This document shows, one piece after another, positions 23,871 to 36,344 of a DNA stretch of 64,000 nt. Origin of the DNA: Laetmonice hystrix. Its lineage: Eukaryota. Position 1 is the first letter of the stretch, and each line of letters opens with the position of its first letter. Both the position numbers and the translations under genes were made by a program. A model generated the notes under the pieces. That model had not been told where the DNA came from and made no database searches. It saw nothing but the letters and a program-made list of their open reading frames with translations. The stretch spans positions 35,342,001-35,406,000 of the forward strand of contig OZ249436.1 in assembly GCA_965235115.1 (NCBI GenBank), written 5' to 3'.

Positions 23871-26800
23871 ATGTTTCGTACAAGGCAATTTTCCAAGTGT
23901 TTGACACGATTGGTGAGTACCCGCATTTTGAGTTTTATTGATCCAGTAATGATGTATGTCGATCAACGCACGCTGGGCCTCTGCTGTCACTAAGTAACCG
24001 CTAACACACACAGTCACAGTCGCCTTCAGTGGCTTCACACGTCACACACTACACACTAACTAAGTAGGGCCTATAACACAGTCTACTGAGTCTGAGCAAC
24101 GAGACTAGACAGACCGGAGGTCCAGCTCTCCCTGCCGGCAACATCTGAGAGAAATATGTACCTTATCAGGGGTAATCAATCTAACCAGGCCGCTGACCAC
24201 AGCACAGGCCAGTTCAGCACCACATACCCTGCAGTGCTGGGGCGGCACCCTGGCCTTTGTACCCAGACCTGTTTTCAGACCAGAATAAAAATTTCCACAT
24301 CCCCCATCAGACCCCTGACACAGTTAGAGATGGAGCTTGCCTTTTTCAGATAATCCAGCCTTTATTCCAGTGGTTTTTGTGTCATATATATTAAATCCTG
24401 ACGTCAGCAACCTGGTTCAGATACTATATGACACCATAATCTAGCAGGAGATGGCTTAGTCAAGGGTTGTTAAGGGCAACTGGACGGGTGTTGGGCCACT
24501 TTTTGGCAAAGTAAGTAAATAGGTCAAGTTTTCCTTTCAAGATAACCTAAGTTTGTACCATGAAGCGATCAGTTTACGTCATATAATCGGGATCAGAATG
24601 GAGGAACAGGTAATTGCTTAACTCACTGCATTGGTAAATAAGACGTAAACAGATCGAAACACAGAGCAATTGTTCATTGATTTGAGAGTGCCTCACTACA
24701 GGAGCTAACAAGGCGTGGGGGGGGGGGGGAGGGCATAACAGAACTTCATGGCACTGCATCCTTCAAGGCCACATCACCAGTACTGATGCAGCACTAGGGC
24801 CTAATAATAAAATAGTAATCCCTAATAGTACACGAATCAGCAAGGATTGCAGGATCCACGAGGTGGTCAGATCTGCTTTTATTGCCATGGAGTCCAGATT
24901 CAGAATGAGATGCTCCCATGTAATTCTGCTTACAAGTGTAGAGGTCGTAACCTGAGCCTTGCCTGGTCCCTCCCAACCCCTCCTCACCCCTTTACTGGCG
25001 TTAGTTGGTAATCGTCTGTGACTAATTTGAAGACAAGCTCGGGTCTGGAGCCCCCAAAGAGGCCCAGCCGAGCTGGACCTCCGGTCTGTCTAGTCTCGTT
25101 GGTCTGAGTACTCACAGTCACAGTGACAGTAGATCTAGACAGTCACCCATAAAAGTTACGAAAAGAAGAGGCCGTGTTTTTACTTGGTCAGATTTTCCAA
25201 CAAAATGTCAAGTCAGATTTTCATGAAATTTGAAAATGTTGTGAGGAGGATCTAATAATACTATGCCTATCATATCTGAGTGATAGACTAACGTGTTAGT
25301 TTTGCATTGATTTTATATTTTAACCCATTAAGGACGGGTGATGCCTTGAGGCATTCCCAGGCGGGGGCCGGATGATGCCCTGAGGCATTCCCGGGCGGGG
25401 GCCGGATGATGCCTTGAGGCATCATTTGACTTACGTCAGAGCCCATTGTGTATAGAGCGACAGCGCAGTGCTGTGACGTAACGTCACAATTGAGTGCTAG
25501 CTGCGCTGGACCTAGACCAACTCTAGACTCAATTCCCTACTTTTGTCTAAAACATGGATCATTTTTCTGGATATGACAGTGATTGGAAGCATGGAAGGCA
25601 ATCCGTTATCACATGTGGCCGCCCAGAATGGCCCGTCCTTACGGCACATTCACGCAATAGTTACGTCGTCACTAGTGCACGTCTCGGCCACAAGGGGCCC
25701 GTCTCGAAAGGGTTAAAATTCATCGGATTTTAAGTTTTAATTATTGGCTTGCTAAAAATTTTACTGTTCAATTTACTTCAAATCATTGTGAAACATCTTT
25801 GCAGTACTAGTTCTAGTATAACTGTATTATGTATAGCCTATAGTATAGGTGCATGAAATAAATGTCATTTTTAGGGTGTCTAATCACTTAAAATTTGGCG
25901 CTTTGCCCTCTGAAGGCTGAACAAGCCACCCATGGACCCAATCTGGGGTTAAGGCAACCCCAAAACCCCTGGCCTTGGAGTTGGATCTATTCTGACCAAA
26001 ATCTGACCACTCCAACCCCCCACCCCTGTAAAGCTTTCAGTGGAGCTTTATAATGGACCATAACGCTTCGATATACCCCCCCCCCCCCCGACCCCCTTAG
26101 CATTACGTAATGTATGGACGGCCTAAACCAGGGTTATTTTACCACGGCCAAGCAAGGTTTAGAACTTTACTCTGGACCAAACTGGTTTAAAACCTTTTGC
26201 CAGCTCCTTGAAACTGGCCACAAGGTACTGGGAATACGGCTAAAGTGTATGCGTAGGTAAGTGTAATTGGTATTGTGATCAGTGATGTGTATTATTGTGT
26301 CTTATTCAATATGAACAGTGGGTGGTCCAGAGTTTGTCCAGAGGCAGACAAGCAGCCTGCATACATTACAGACCTGTGACCATGTACCAGCATGGGTCAG
26401 AGTCAGAGATAAGGCATTGTTGACTGTACATCATGGTCCAAACCAGTTGTGTCCAGTATGGGAAGGACACAGCCTGGTAGCTTGAAAAGATGATACATCA
26501 TACCATATGATAATAGCACTCCACAATACAGGAGTTTCCCAAACACGTTAGGCACCACCAGTGCTAAAGCCCACTTTCGCAGTCACACACACCGTTGTGA
26601 TCTTTCTGAGTATACATGATCGTCAGGTATAGATAAGCCTTGGATGCCAGTGAAACAAGTTCCCCTTTGGTACTCTTGTTTCATGGCACATCTCGTTCTG
26701 CCAAATACTTTAGTAATTTTTTCACTGCCACCGATCCATGCCCTGCTGAACTGGAAGAAGCAGTGACTGCAGATGGCTTGGTGCACATGTATAGTGACTG

Positions 26801-29800
26801 GTGCCACCTAGCGGCCTTTGTACCGTATATATATTTCTCTGTCACCCCATGACACTAAATTGTGAAGAAATTTGATCATTTCCAGAGGCCTAAATCTCAA
26901 AATCTCTACTTGGACAATCAGATGATCATTTCTACTTGTCTGGGCACTAAGCTTAGTTGACCACAGCACATGAAGTTGGAAAAGTGAAAAATGGGACTTG
27001 TCCAGTGGGCAAGGCTACACCTGTTATGACTTGTCCAAATGTAATCTCAACTTGCCCTGGACTGCCAGACGGGCGATTTGAGCCAGCCTGAAATTCTTGC
27101 TTGAAATACATGTACTGGTAATTAGTAGAGATTATAGCCTTTTTTGGCTGTTGAATGGCAGCTGTCCAGCATGCATGATGTGAAATTACTGATTCCCACG
27201 GGCAAGCAGACCATCCTTGATCGAGATAATGTTTTTCATTTATATACTTGTATATGAAAATCCCAATCTAATTTCAGGTATCAGCATCTCAGCGATTGCA
27301 GAGCACTCTTGTTATAGCAGAGCACAACAATCAAGCATTGAACCCCATCACACTTAATGCCATCACAGCAGCCACTAAACTTGGTGGAGATGTCACATGT
27401 CTGGTAGCTGGGTCACAGTGTACTAAGGTAGGTAGATCACATCAATCAGGATCGTCTTTTTTTTTTTCTTTTTTTTTTTTAATTTTTATTATGTGAACTT
27501 GGTAAAAATTACTATTCCTTTTAAAGGAAAGGAAAAAGTATATTAGTGTCCATACAATTTGGAATATACTTACATTTTTTGAGCGCCACTCTACAGTGTA
27601 AATTTATACCTTATTAAGTCATTTCTGTTACTGTAGGTGGCCGAGGAAGTCACAAAGATTGGAGGTATTGGAAAGGTTCTGGTGGCTGATAATGAAGCTT
27701 TCATGGGTTTCCTACCAGAAGCTATGACACCTCTAGTACTTGAAGCACAGAAACAGTTCAAGTTTACCCATATCCTAGGTGGTGCAACTGCAATGGCAAA
27801 AGTAAGTCTTGATACATGTCTTTGTTCTGGCTTTTTGAATTTTCCTTCAATCATGTTGAGATGAGACGACTTAACATTCAGAATGTTAATGAAGAAGTCT
27901 TTGTAAGCAAAAGCTTAACATTGTTCGCCCTAGCACTTTTGAAATTGACCCCGTACCATCTAAAATTGAAGTATAAATACATTTGAATTTAGTGTCCCTG
28001 TTCCATAACAGCTAACACTAACAATAGTTGCTTCTAAATTAGCACCATTGTAACAGATCATTGTGGGGAAAGAAGTATTGCTGGGAACTTAAAAATCAAT
28101 AGTAAAAATTCACTAGATTTGTTCCTACTAAGACTATAAGTTAAACCGGTATGTTGTTTACAAAATTGCATTTCTTTGGATTACTTTCAGAGCCTGCTAC
28201 CAAGGGTAGCTGCAAAGTTGGATGTATCACCAATTTCTGACATAATTGACATCAAAGATACAGAAACCTTTGTGAGAACTATTTATGCTGGTATGTAAAA
28301 CTTGTTTGGTGGTCGTTATGTACAGTGCTACAAGTATTGTAGGGTTTACAGCCATTTAATGTATAAATTTATAACATAACCCTCCCAAACCTAGAATATG
28401 CAGTGCGAGAGCACTCGTATATGGTACTCGCCTTTCCTGACAAGGCCTGCAACATACGTAGTTTAGGATAATTAATTGACCTGATTGTATTTATGTATTC
28501 AATGTCCAAATGAGTCTTATGGTAGGCTAGCAGAAGTTATATACCACACCCGGTGTCATTAGGGTGAGTTATCTTCTGGATTAGCTTTACCTTAGAACTG
28601 GATAACCACACTGCAAGCTGGAAGTGAGGCTTTGACTAAACTTTTCTAACACCAATTACTCCACGTAGCAAAGACATAGACTCTCTATCCTCATACAATT
28701 TTTACCATGTATCAAAGAAAGCATGTTTGAGTAAAATTTCAACCATGTTGGATAAGTGCAGATAGTATGCCGATTTGTAATGTTTATGTTATATCGTCAC
28801 CATTGAAGTGTAATGCGGGAAAGCATTTGTTGTGATGTCTTAACCAAGTAAAGTAACCTTTAGTGAACTACGCTAGGCCAAAGTCACGATCTGACAATTT
28901 AGAACTCCTCCATTAACTCACAGTCAAGAGTTGTTGAAGTGACAACAAGAGCTTGGCTGCTAGTCTGAACAGCGAGGTTTGTTTCTACATATTGAGGCAC
29001 TATAATAAGTACATGATGTAGTATCTATTTGTCTGAAACAATAAAAAGTGCTGGGAAAACGTAGTGGCATAACAGGAATAAGTACCCATGATGTTTACTG
29101 CCCTTGGTGCCGTTATTGCTGTCAACACTAGCACTCAGGCTTTGCCCTCATGCTAAGTGTAGACAGCGACAATGGCACTTTGATTGCTAAACATCATGGG
29201 TTAATCCCTAATAAACGTAATGGTAATTGTTCTCTGAAGTAGGCTGATGAACTGCCTTTGATTGGTACAGGTAATGCAGTGATGACACTGAAGTCCCTGG
29301 ACCCAGTTAAAGTTGTGAGTGTCAGAGGAACAGCTTTTGAAGCAGCGCCAGCTGAAGGAGGAAGTGCTGCATCTGAATCAAGTATGACTATGTTTGCCTT
29401 TTTAAGTTTTATCAATATAACAATGTGGTAGGCATGCTCTAGCCAACCTCAGTTTCTGCTAGACTCAGGCTTCAGGCTAGTGGCAAACGTTATGATCTGC
29501 TGTAACATTTACCCTGAATCCTTCTAAGACCAGATACATGTACCCATAATAGCAGGACACCCGACACAATGTTGAGAAAATTGGTAGCACACAACCCCTC
29601 AAATTGCAACATTTAGCCGATTCAGCAGGTATTCTTTTGTAAAGAGTAAGCATACTACTGATATCTATAATTTCTATTCCTAAAACCAGCTCTTCCCCAT
29701 AGCAGACCCATATTCATTCTAGATCACTCTTATGGTATGGCCTGATCAATATATCAAACATGGAAAAAGGAATCAAACACTTGCCACTCTTCAACTGTGG

Positions 29801-30863
29801 TTTTTTAAAATAACGTGGTTAAGGACATGAGAATAGTTTTTAAATGAGAGGTTTCTCAGTTTGCTAAGATTAATATGACTGATTGATATGTACTTTCAGT
29901 GTCAGCAGATATTTCAAACAGCACTTCAGAATTTATTAGCCAAGAGCTGAGCAAGAGTGACCGTCCAGAGTTGACCAGTGCCAACATTGTAATATCAGGT
30001 GGTCGTGGTTTGAAAAATGGTGAAAACTTCCAACTACTTTACGACCTTGCTGCCAAAATGAATGCAGCAGTGGGAGCATCTCGAGCTGCAGTTGATGCTG
30101 GATTTGTTCCTAATGACATGCAAGTTGGTCAGACTGGAAAAATTGTGGCCCCGGTAATCTATCAGTTACTTGAATGATAGATAATTTAGACTTAAATTTA
30201 ACTTAAAAGGATTTAAACTTGTGAAAGGAATACCGGTAATGAGATCTTTGAAGCAACTTAAGTCCATGAATGGATCTGCCTAATGACTCTTACTGTATTA
30301 GCCATGAGAAATGTCCAAAGTCTGTATCCATCTCTCAGAGGAATCAATGTTTTCAGACTATTTAGACTCAGAGTGCAAACAGGGAATGTTGCAAACAATG
30401 AATACTTTCAGGACCTGTACATGGCAGTTGGAATTTCTGGTGCCATTCAACATCTAGCAGGCATGAAGGACTCAAAGATTATTGTGGCTATCAACAAAGA
30501 CCCTGAGGCACCCATCTTCCAAGTAGCCGACTATGGACTTGTTTCAGACCTTTTTAAGGTAGGTTGGGACATTGTATAAAACTGAAAAATGATTTGGCAG
30601 GCTGCATCATTGGCCCAGCATGAGCATTTCAATAATAGCCACTTAAATTTTAGGACTTGTTTCTGGCATCCAAATGATTCTCCAACTTCTTAAAAGTAAA
30701 TTTCCAAGATAGTTTTTGCCCTGCTGATCGATAGTATGGTAACGTGATGATAGTAACTTTCAACCTGATCAAAAAAATGTGCCATGCAAACTGTAGCGAA
30801 TTGATTTTTCTGTCTGAATTGCAGAGTGTTCCAGAGATGACCGAGATGCTAAACAACTCATGA
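23871..30863 (+). CDS. ETFA: Electron transfer flavoprotein alpha subunit; exons 23871-23912, 27278-27427, 27637-27801, 28191-28290, 29271-29381, 29900-30153, 30412-30558, 30825-30863
   Basis: [107 protein letters not shown]. Presequence-like exon 1 [14 protein letters not shown]. Confidence 0.96.
24097..25101. mobile_element. Non-autonomous DNA transposon (P-element-like) in ETFA intron 1
   Basis: Perfect ~32-bp TIRs caacgagactagacagaccggaggtccagctc / gagctggacctccggtctgtctagtctcgttg and a 7-bp TSD gtctgag (24090-24096, 25102-25108). Superfamily inferred only from the CA..TG ends and TSD length. Confidence 0.85.
25324..25712. mobile_element. piggyBac-like MITE in ETFA intron 1
   Basis: TTAA on both sides, CCC...GGG termini (cccattaaggacggg / cccgtctcgaaaggg, imperfect), and an internal tandem repeat containing gatgcc.tgaggcat three times. 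Confidence 0.7.
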
Positions 30864-31667
30864 GAAACATAGTTAAACATGCCGTCTCCTGCTAACAGTT
30901 TACGAGTGTGAAAACAAAGTTTTATGGAAGCAAGAATGAGGATGGGTTTGAATAGTATGTTCATCAAGGAGTTGTGTTTCTACACAAAAGTATACTAACA
31001 GTTCATCTGACCATTAAAGACGTGGCTCCCCTATAACGTGATAATTAGTTGTATCGCAGCTACCCAAAATGTCTGAGGTTTGTGTAAGTAGATAATGATT
31101 GATCAGCAGCTCTTGAAAATTTCCAGGAGGATAACAGTCATCAAAGTCCTAGCATGATCTTACTGTATGTTTGCATGGGAAAAAATCTATATGGCTGTCG
31201 GTAGTGTTATTGTTACATATGGTGGGGCTGTGCACTTAAGAGAAACAAGCAGCTTCAACAGTGTTTAACAATTTGACTTGCTTGGTTTGATTCATGTAAA
31301 TAAACATTGATTGTCCGTATAAGAAGTCGTATATATGTACGGGTATATTGTAAATGCATGTAAATCCCCATAACATGTAGCTTGACATAATCATAATGGC
31401 TTGTCTTTGCCGTTTTGTGAATAGACCTACATGTGTGTGAATGAAATAAAATATCATCAGTTCCTTTGGGAAAAAGAGATATCTGTTCTAGTTCTTATGA
31501 ATGACGTAATAATTTTTTTTTTGGTCATTACAGCAACGGCCAGACTTGATTGAAAAGTACATCAGCTTAGTTACAGGTTATAGATTACAAATAGGACACA
31601 GCTACCGGGCATACCAGGAAATAACCTGTAAGAACTGACCCGTGTATTTGCCCGGAAAGAATAGTTA

Positions 31668-31845
31668 AGGCCAACAAAAGAAAATTCCCGGTTTCTGGTA
31701 TGGGCGCGCGTCACTTCTGTTCAGAAGTAGCCCATCAGTGTTGGTTTTTTTTTCATTGCCCTAGCTGGCATGAATGTGTGAATTGTGGTGCCACCTAGCG
31801 GTGTCACCGCACCGCAGAAACCGGGAATACTTTTTTGTGGGGCCA
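31668..31845. mobile_element. Short MITE-like inverted-repeat element
   Basis: ggccaacaaaagaaaattcccggtttctg ... cagaaaccgggaatacttttttgtggggcc, imperfect arms. Confidence 0.55.
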
Positions 31846-34800
31846 AACCATCTTTTTTTTTAAATAGATAAAATCATCAGGCAAAACCTCTGTCCCTCCC
31901 CCGCCTAAGGGAATAGTAGCCCTTTAGTGGGCTAGGATTGCCCGATTTCGGGGGAGGGGGGATTTTCGAGACTCTGGGCAATGTTGACTTGGGTAATCAA
32001 TAAAAAGGTTTGTGTAAAAGCAGCCTGAAACTCCCCCCCCCCCCCCCCCACTGAGTAGTCACCATGTTGATAGTTACCATGCAGAATGCACTGAATCTTT
32101 CCAAATTTGGCTGATTTTAGGTGACAGTATATTTGGCTTCTGATCGACATACTTAAAAGTCAAGGTATAGGCCTAAGTTTTGGGCTTTGACCTTTTCCAA
32201 ATAGCCATGGGTTTGAATTTAATATGTCACGGTCACCTTCAATTTAAAGGTCATTCCATGACCACATATTAGGAGCAACTAAAGTCCCCGAGGGGCCTTT
32301 CTATTATGGAATAGCATAGAGTCTACCGCTTTACCCATTAATATTAGAGCATTAAAGGTGCTATTCGTGAACAAAAATTCAATTTTTTTATTTTTAATTT
32401 TGTTGACGTTTATGTGATCCCACCTATCATGGAAATAGATTCACAACAAAGGAAATCAAATTTTTTCATGGATAACGGCACAAATGGGGCTCTCTCAGAA
32501 GGCCTGTGGAAACCCTGACACGCCCCACCATAGGAAATGGCTGTATCTCGGTGCGCACCGAGATAGGTTTCAAATGCTGCACACAAACTAATAGAAGGTT
32601 TATCAGGCCAATGGTATCGGTAGGAATTTTTTCTAGTACTATGTGCACAATGTATGATAGCTGGGCGGCTATCTGCAAAAATCGTTCATTTTGTGATACA
32701 AGCACCAAATTTTGCACAACCATGCATCTTATGACTCTTGTGAAAAAAAACACGTTAGCCACCTGAAAATCCAATATGGCGGCCATGAACGCAGGGGTCA
32801 AAGGTCAAAGGTCACCAAAAATTAGCAATTCCTACATCTTTCCCCGTAATTCTAGGCTCATTGAAGATATAGATCTGCAACCTGGTATATCAATAGAGGT
32901 CACATGGGGCGTTTTAAAAAACTCCATTTTGTTGACCTTTGACCCCAAGGTCAAGGTCATTTGAACCAAAACATCCTTTAAAAAGGTCAAAATTCAGCCC
33001 TTTTATGAGAAAATTAAATGTATTTAATAAAATTGAAGGATGTTTTCTGGAAGTTTTTTGACATAAAGATTAGTAGAGGTCCTTTACATTGCTATGATAT
33101 CAAGTTTGGCCATCTATACTTGGTAACTATGGAAAAATCGACTTAGCAACCAAAGGTACTCAATAGCTCAAAAAGCTCTAAATTCCACGTCGCATGGCCA
33201 TTTTCCATACTTGCCAAGGCCACTGGGAGTCACGGATGGTTCTGAGTAAACAAACATGGATTATGTAAACCAATATGGTACTCTTAGACAGAATTATCTA
33301 GTTTCTCTCCACAAATATAGTCTCTCTGTTGTTGGTTACCATGGCAACCATGTGGCATGTACCAAATATTTCACAATTAGGCTGAACATGGGACATTTGA
33401 TCATAATAACTGAACAGATAAGTGCAACAATCATTGGCGTTGCCTTACAAGCACAAAATTGTGGTCAGGTGTGCTTCTATTAACTCTTTTTAAGAAAAAC
33501 ATGTTAGCCACCTAAAATTTCAAAATAGCGGCCATGAACTCAGGGGTCAAAGGTCAAAGGTCACCAAAAATTAGGGGTTCTGAAAAAATGAACCTTTTTT
33601 CCTGTCATTCAGGACTCATTGAAGATATAGATCTGCAACTTGGTAAATCAAGAGAGGCTAGAGGGGGACTTTCAAAAACTTCAATTGGTTGACCTTTGAC
33701 CCCAAGGTCAAGGTCATTTGAACCAAAACTTTCTTTAAAAAAGGTCAAAATTTGGCCGTGGCATGAGAACATTGCATGTATTTAAAAAATTAAGATCGTA
33801 ATCTGGAAGTTTTTTCTACTGTGAAGATGAGTACAGGTCCTTTAAGGTGCATGTCAGCAAGTTTGGTCATCAGTACCTGGTAACTATGGAAAATCCCCCT
33901 AGCAACCAAAGTATTCAATAGCGCAAAAAAGCTCTGAAGTCCCATTATCAAAAATGCCCATTTTTCCATATATTTGCCAAGGTCCCTGAGGGTCAAGGGT
34001 GTTGTTAGGTAATCAAAAATAGATTATATAAACCGATACAGTAACCTTATCGAAAGTTATCCAGTTTTTTACTCAATATTTAGTATCCCTGGTCCTGGTT
34101 ACTATGGCAACCAAGTGGAATATAACAAATCTTTCATAATTAGGCTGAACCTGGAAGCTGATCGCCATATAACTGAACTTAAAAGGCCGAGGTCAACTCC
34201 ATATCGTCAAGGTGATATAATTTCTGTGCTCTAGATCGAAAAAAAACCAGAGAAAAATGAGAAATACGATTTGAAATACCAAATTCTTTATTTAGTGTAG
34301 GTTTTTAAGTGAATGGCTGAGCTAGTGAAAGTCCTTACTTAGAATCTTTTTTTAAATGTGCTGCCATGGATACCAGCTCATAAACAAAGGTTTCCAGTGC
34401 TATCTGCCTCATTAATGAATAATTTAATATAGATTTCCGGTGCAAGTGTTGCACTTCATGAACTTCAACATGGGCCATTGGTAGCATTAATGGGCCCTGG
34501 ACCTTATGCGAGAGATGTATAGTTATAGATTCTGTAAATGTCTGATAAATGATTGTTTCTTGGAGCTTAGTGACTGAAAACAAATTCTTTCCATGGCAAG
34601 CATCAGTGAACTGATATGTGATTCAAGAAAAATATCACATAACCCTCCAAACTATGTTATCTATAACACCAACACATGTTGTAACCTGTTCCAGGCTTCT
34701 TAAATATATCCTTAAGGGAATTTTAAAGATGGCCATCCGAGCAAGCGTTCTGTTGTCATTTTGCACTGTATTTTGTTTGCTGAACATCTTATTTTTTTAA

Positions 34801-34905
34801 ATTTAGTGGTGAATGTAGACTATGCTGATTTAGTGATCAGTACATTGGAGGGAATGAAGAATCATTACTGATATTGAATTATGCTTGCAGTCTTCCATAC
34901 TTTAG

Positions 34906-36340
34906 TCAATTAAAACATGTGCAGCTGCACAGCGCTGTGCAGCTGAGGCCATAGCGGTAACATTTGCACCTCCCATGGCATTCACTCTTGCATCCACACT
35001 TTGTTAGTTGTTGGCAACAGATGGCAAGAGGAGGAAGATCAGTCCAGTGGATCTCCCAAGTTCCAGATTTGTTGACCCATCCCCAGTCAGCAGGACTCGG
35101 TGTTGCTGGTCGACAAACGGCCCACTGACCCCATATAAATCCTGCTTGATAAGCTGACCGTTTGGTGTGTTGGAGAAGAGCATCTTGTGTCGGTGGTATG
35201 GCGTCATAGGACCTTTGTTTTCTGGCGAACAGGTCCAGGCGTGCCTCATTTACACATGTAGCTTTGCTGGATCTGTCATACAATGTTATGACAAACCTCT
35301 CAAGTATCTGAAGGTCATCTTCTGTGACAGACGGTGGGTACTGACTTAAGCGATGGAAGACACTTGTTGCTTCTACACTAACATCCCATGTCAGCCACGC
35401 CGACTTCTTACCCTTTCCACGGAAAGCAGACGTCACATCGCAGCCGGTGAAGGCATGGAAGAACAAAAGTCCATGTACCTTTTCCTTGCCAATGGCAGCA
35501 TTGATATCATGAATTGCAATCCATCTTTGACTGGTACCCTGACTGAACAACATCCATATTTTGTTCAGTCCAAACTGCTGAAGAGAGGAAAAAGCTGCAG
35601 TCGCTAAGACGACAACATCTGTGTCATTTGCTTTGATCACAATCGATGTATGTCCCTCCAGTGCAGCATGTTTGGCATGGACAAACATGCGCGTGTCCGC
35701 TTCTTCATGGTCACATGGAGCCAAGTCTTGTTTGTTTATGACCTGATTACTCATGACATCATTTCCTTTGGTAACAATGATGAGATGTTGAGTTTGTATC
35801 TCAGTGATCTTCTTTGCCAAGAAGTTGAACAGTTCTGTCTTGTTGTCATCGTTCCGTAGAAAGCCTTGCCAGTTTCTTGGTGTTTTGCTTGTTCCAGTGA
35901 CCCTTCTCCTGGTTCCATGTCCCTCTTTGCTCTTGTTGCAGACTTCAAGCTATTTGTCAGGTACAAATCAAATATCACATCTGTTCTCTTGTATTTGGCC
36001 GAAAATGCTTCGATCCTACGGATGATGTCATCTTTTGCATAATCATCAAATGACTTTGGTGTGTTCGGTGACATGGAGTTCACCAATGCTGTACCATCAA
36101 TGATTATAACATCGGCATCTGGCTTGCAAGCTGATGTAGTCACTTTCGATTCCAGAATGTCAACCAGTTGTGATTTCTGACAGTAATGGAGCTTGCCAGT
36201 GTCGCTCAAAACTGGTGGAAAAGCCTGATTCTCATGCTTGAAGAACTCATTAAGGTTGCACTCCCTGCTTTGACATGTCATGAGATAAACAGCTGTGAGA
36301 AAAGATGATAGTCACTCTTCAGTTTCTGCTGTTGGCGATC
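34906..36340 (-). pseudogene. C-terminal part of the Academ protein (XPG/FEN-like nuclease + Cys-rich zinc finger), frameshifted and 5'-truncated
   Basis: CDHEEADTRMFVHA, DTDVVVL, FFHAFTGCDVTSAFRGKGKKSAW, PPTQDALLQHTKRSAYQ, CGCKSECHGRCKC...CTALCSC. Upstream frame has FFKHENQAFPPVLS, IIDG, DVIFDLY. Frameshifts near ~35915 and ~36278. Confidence 0.85.
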
Positions 36341-36344
36341 AATT

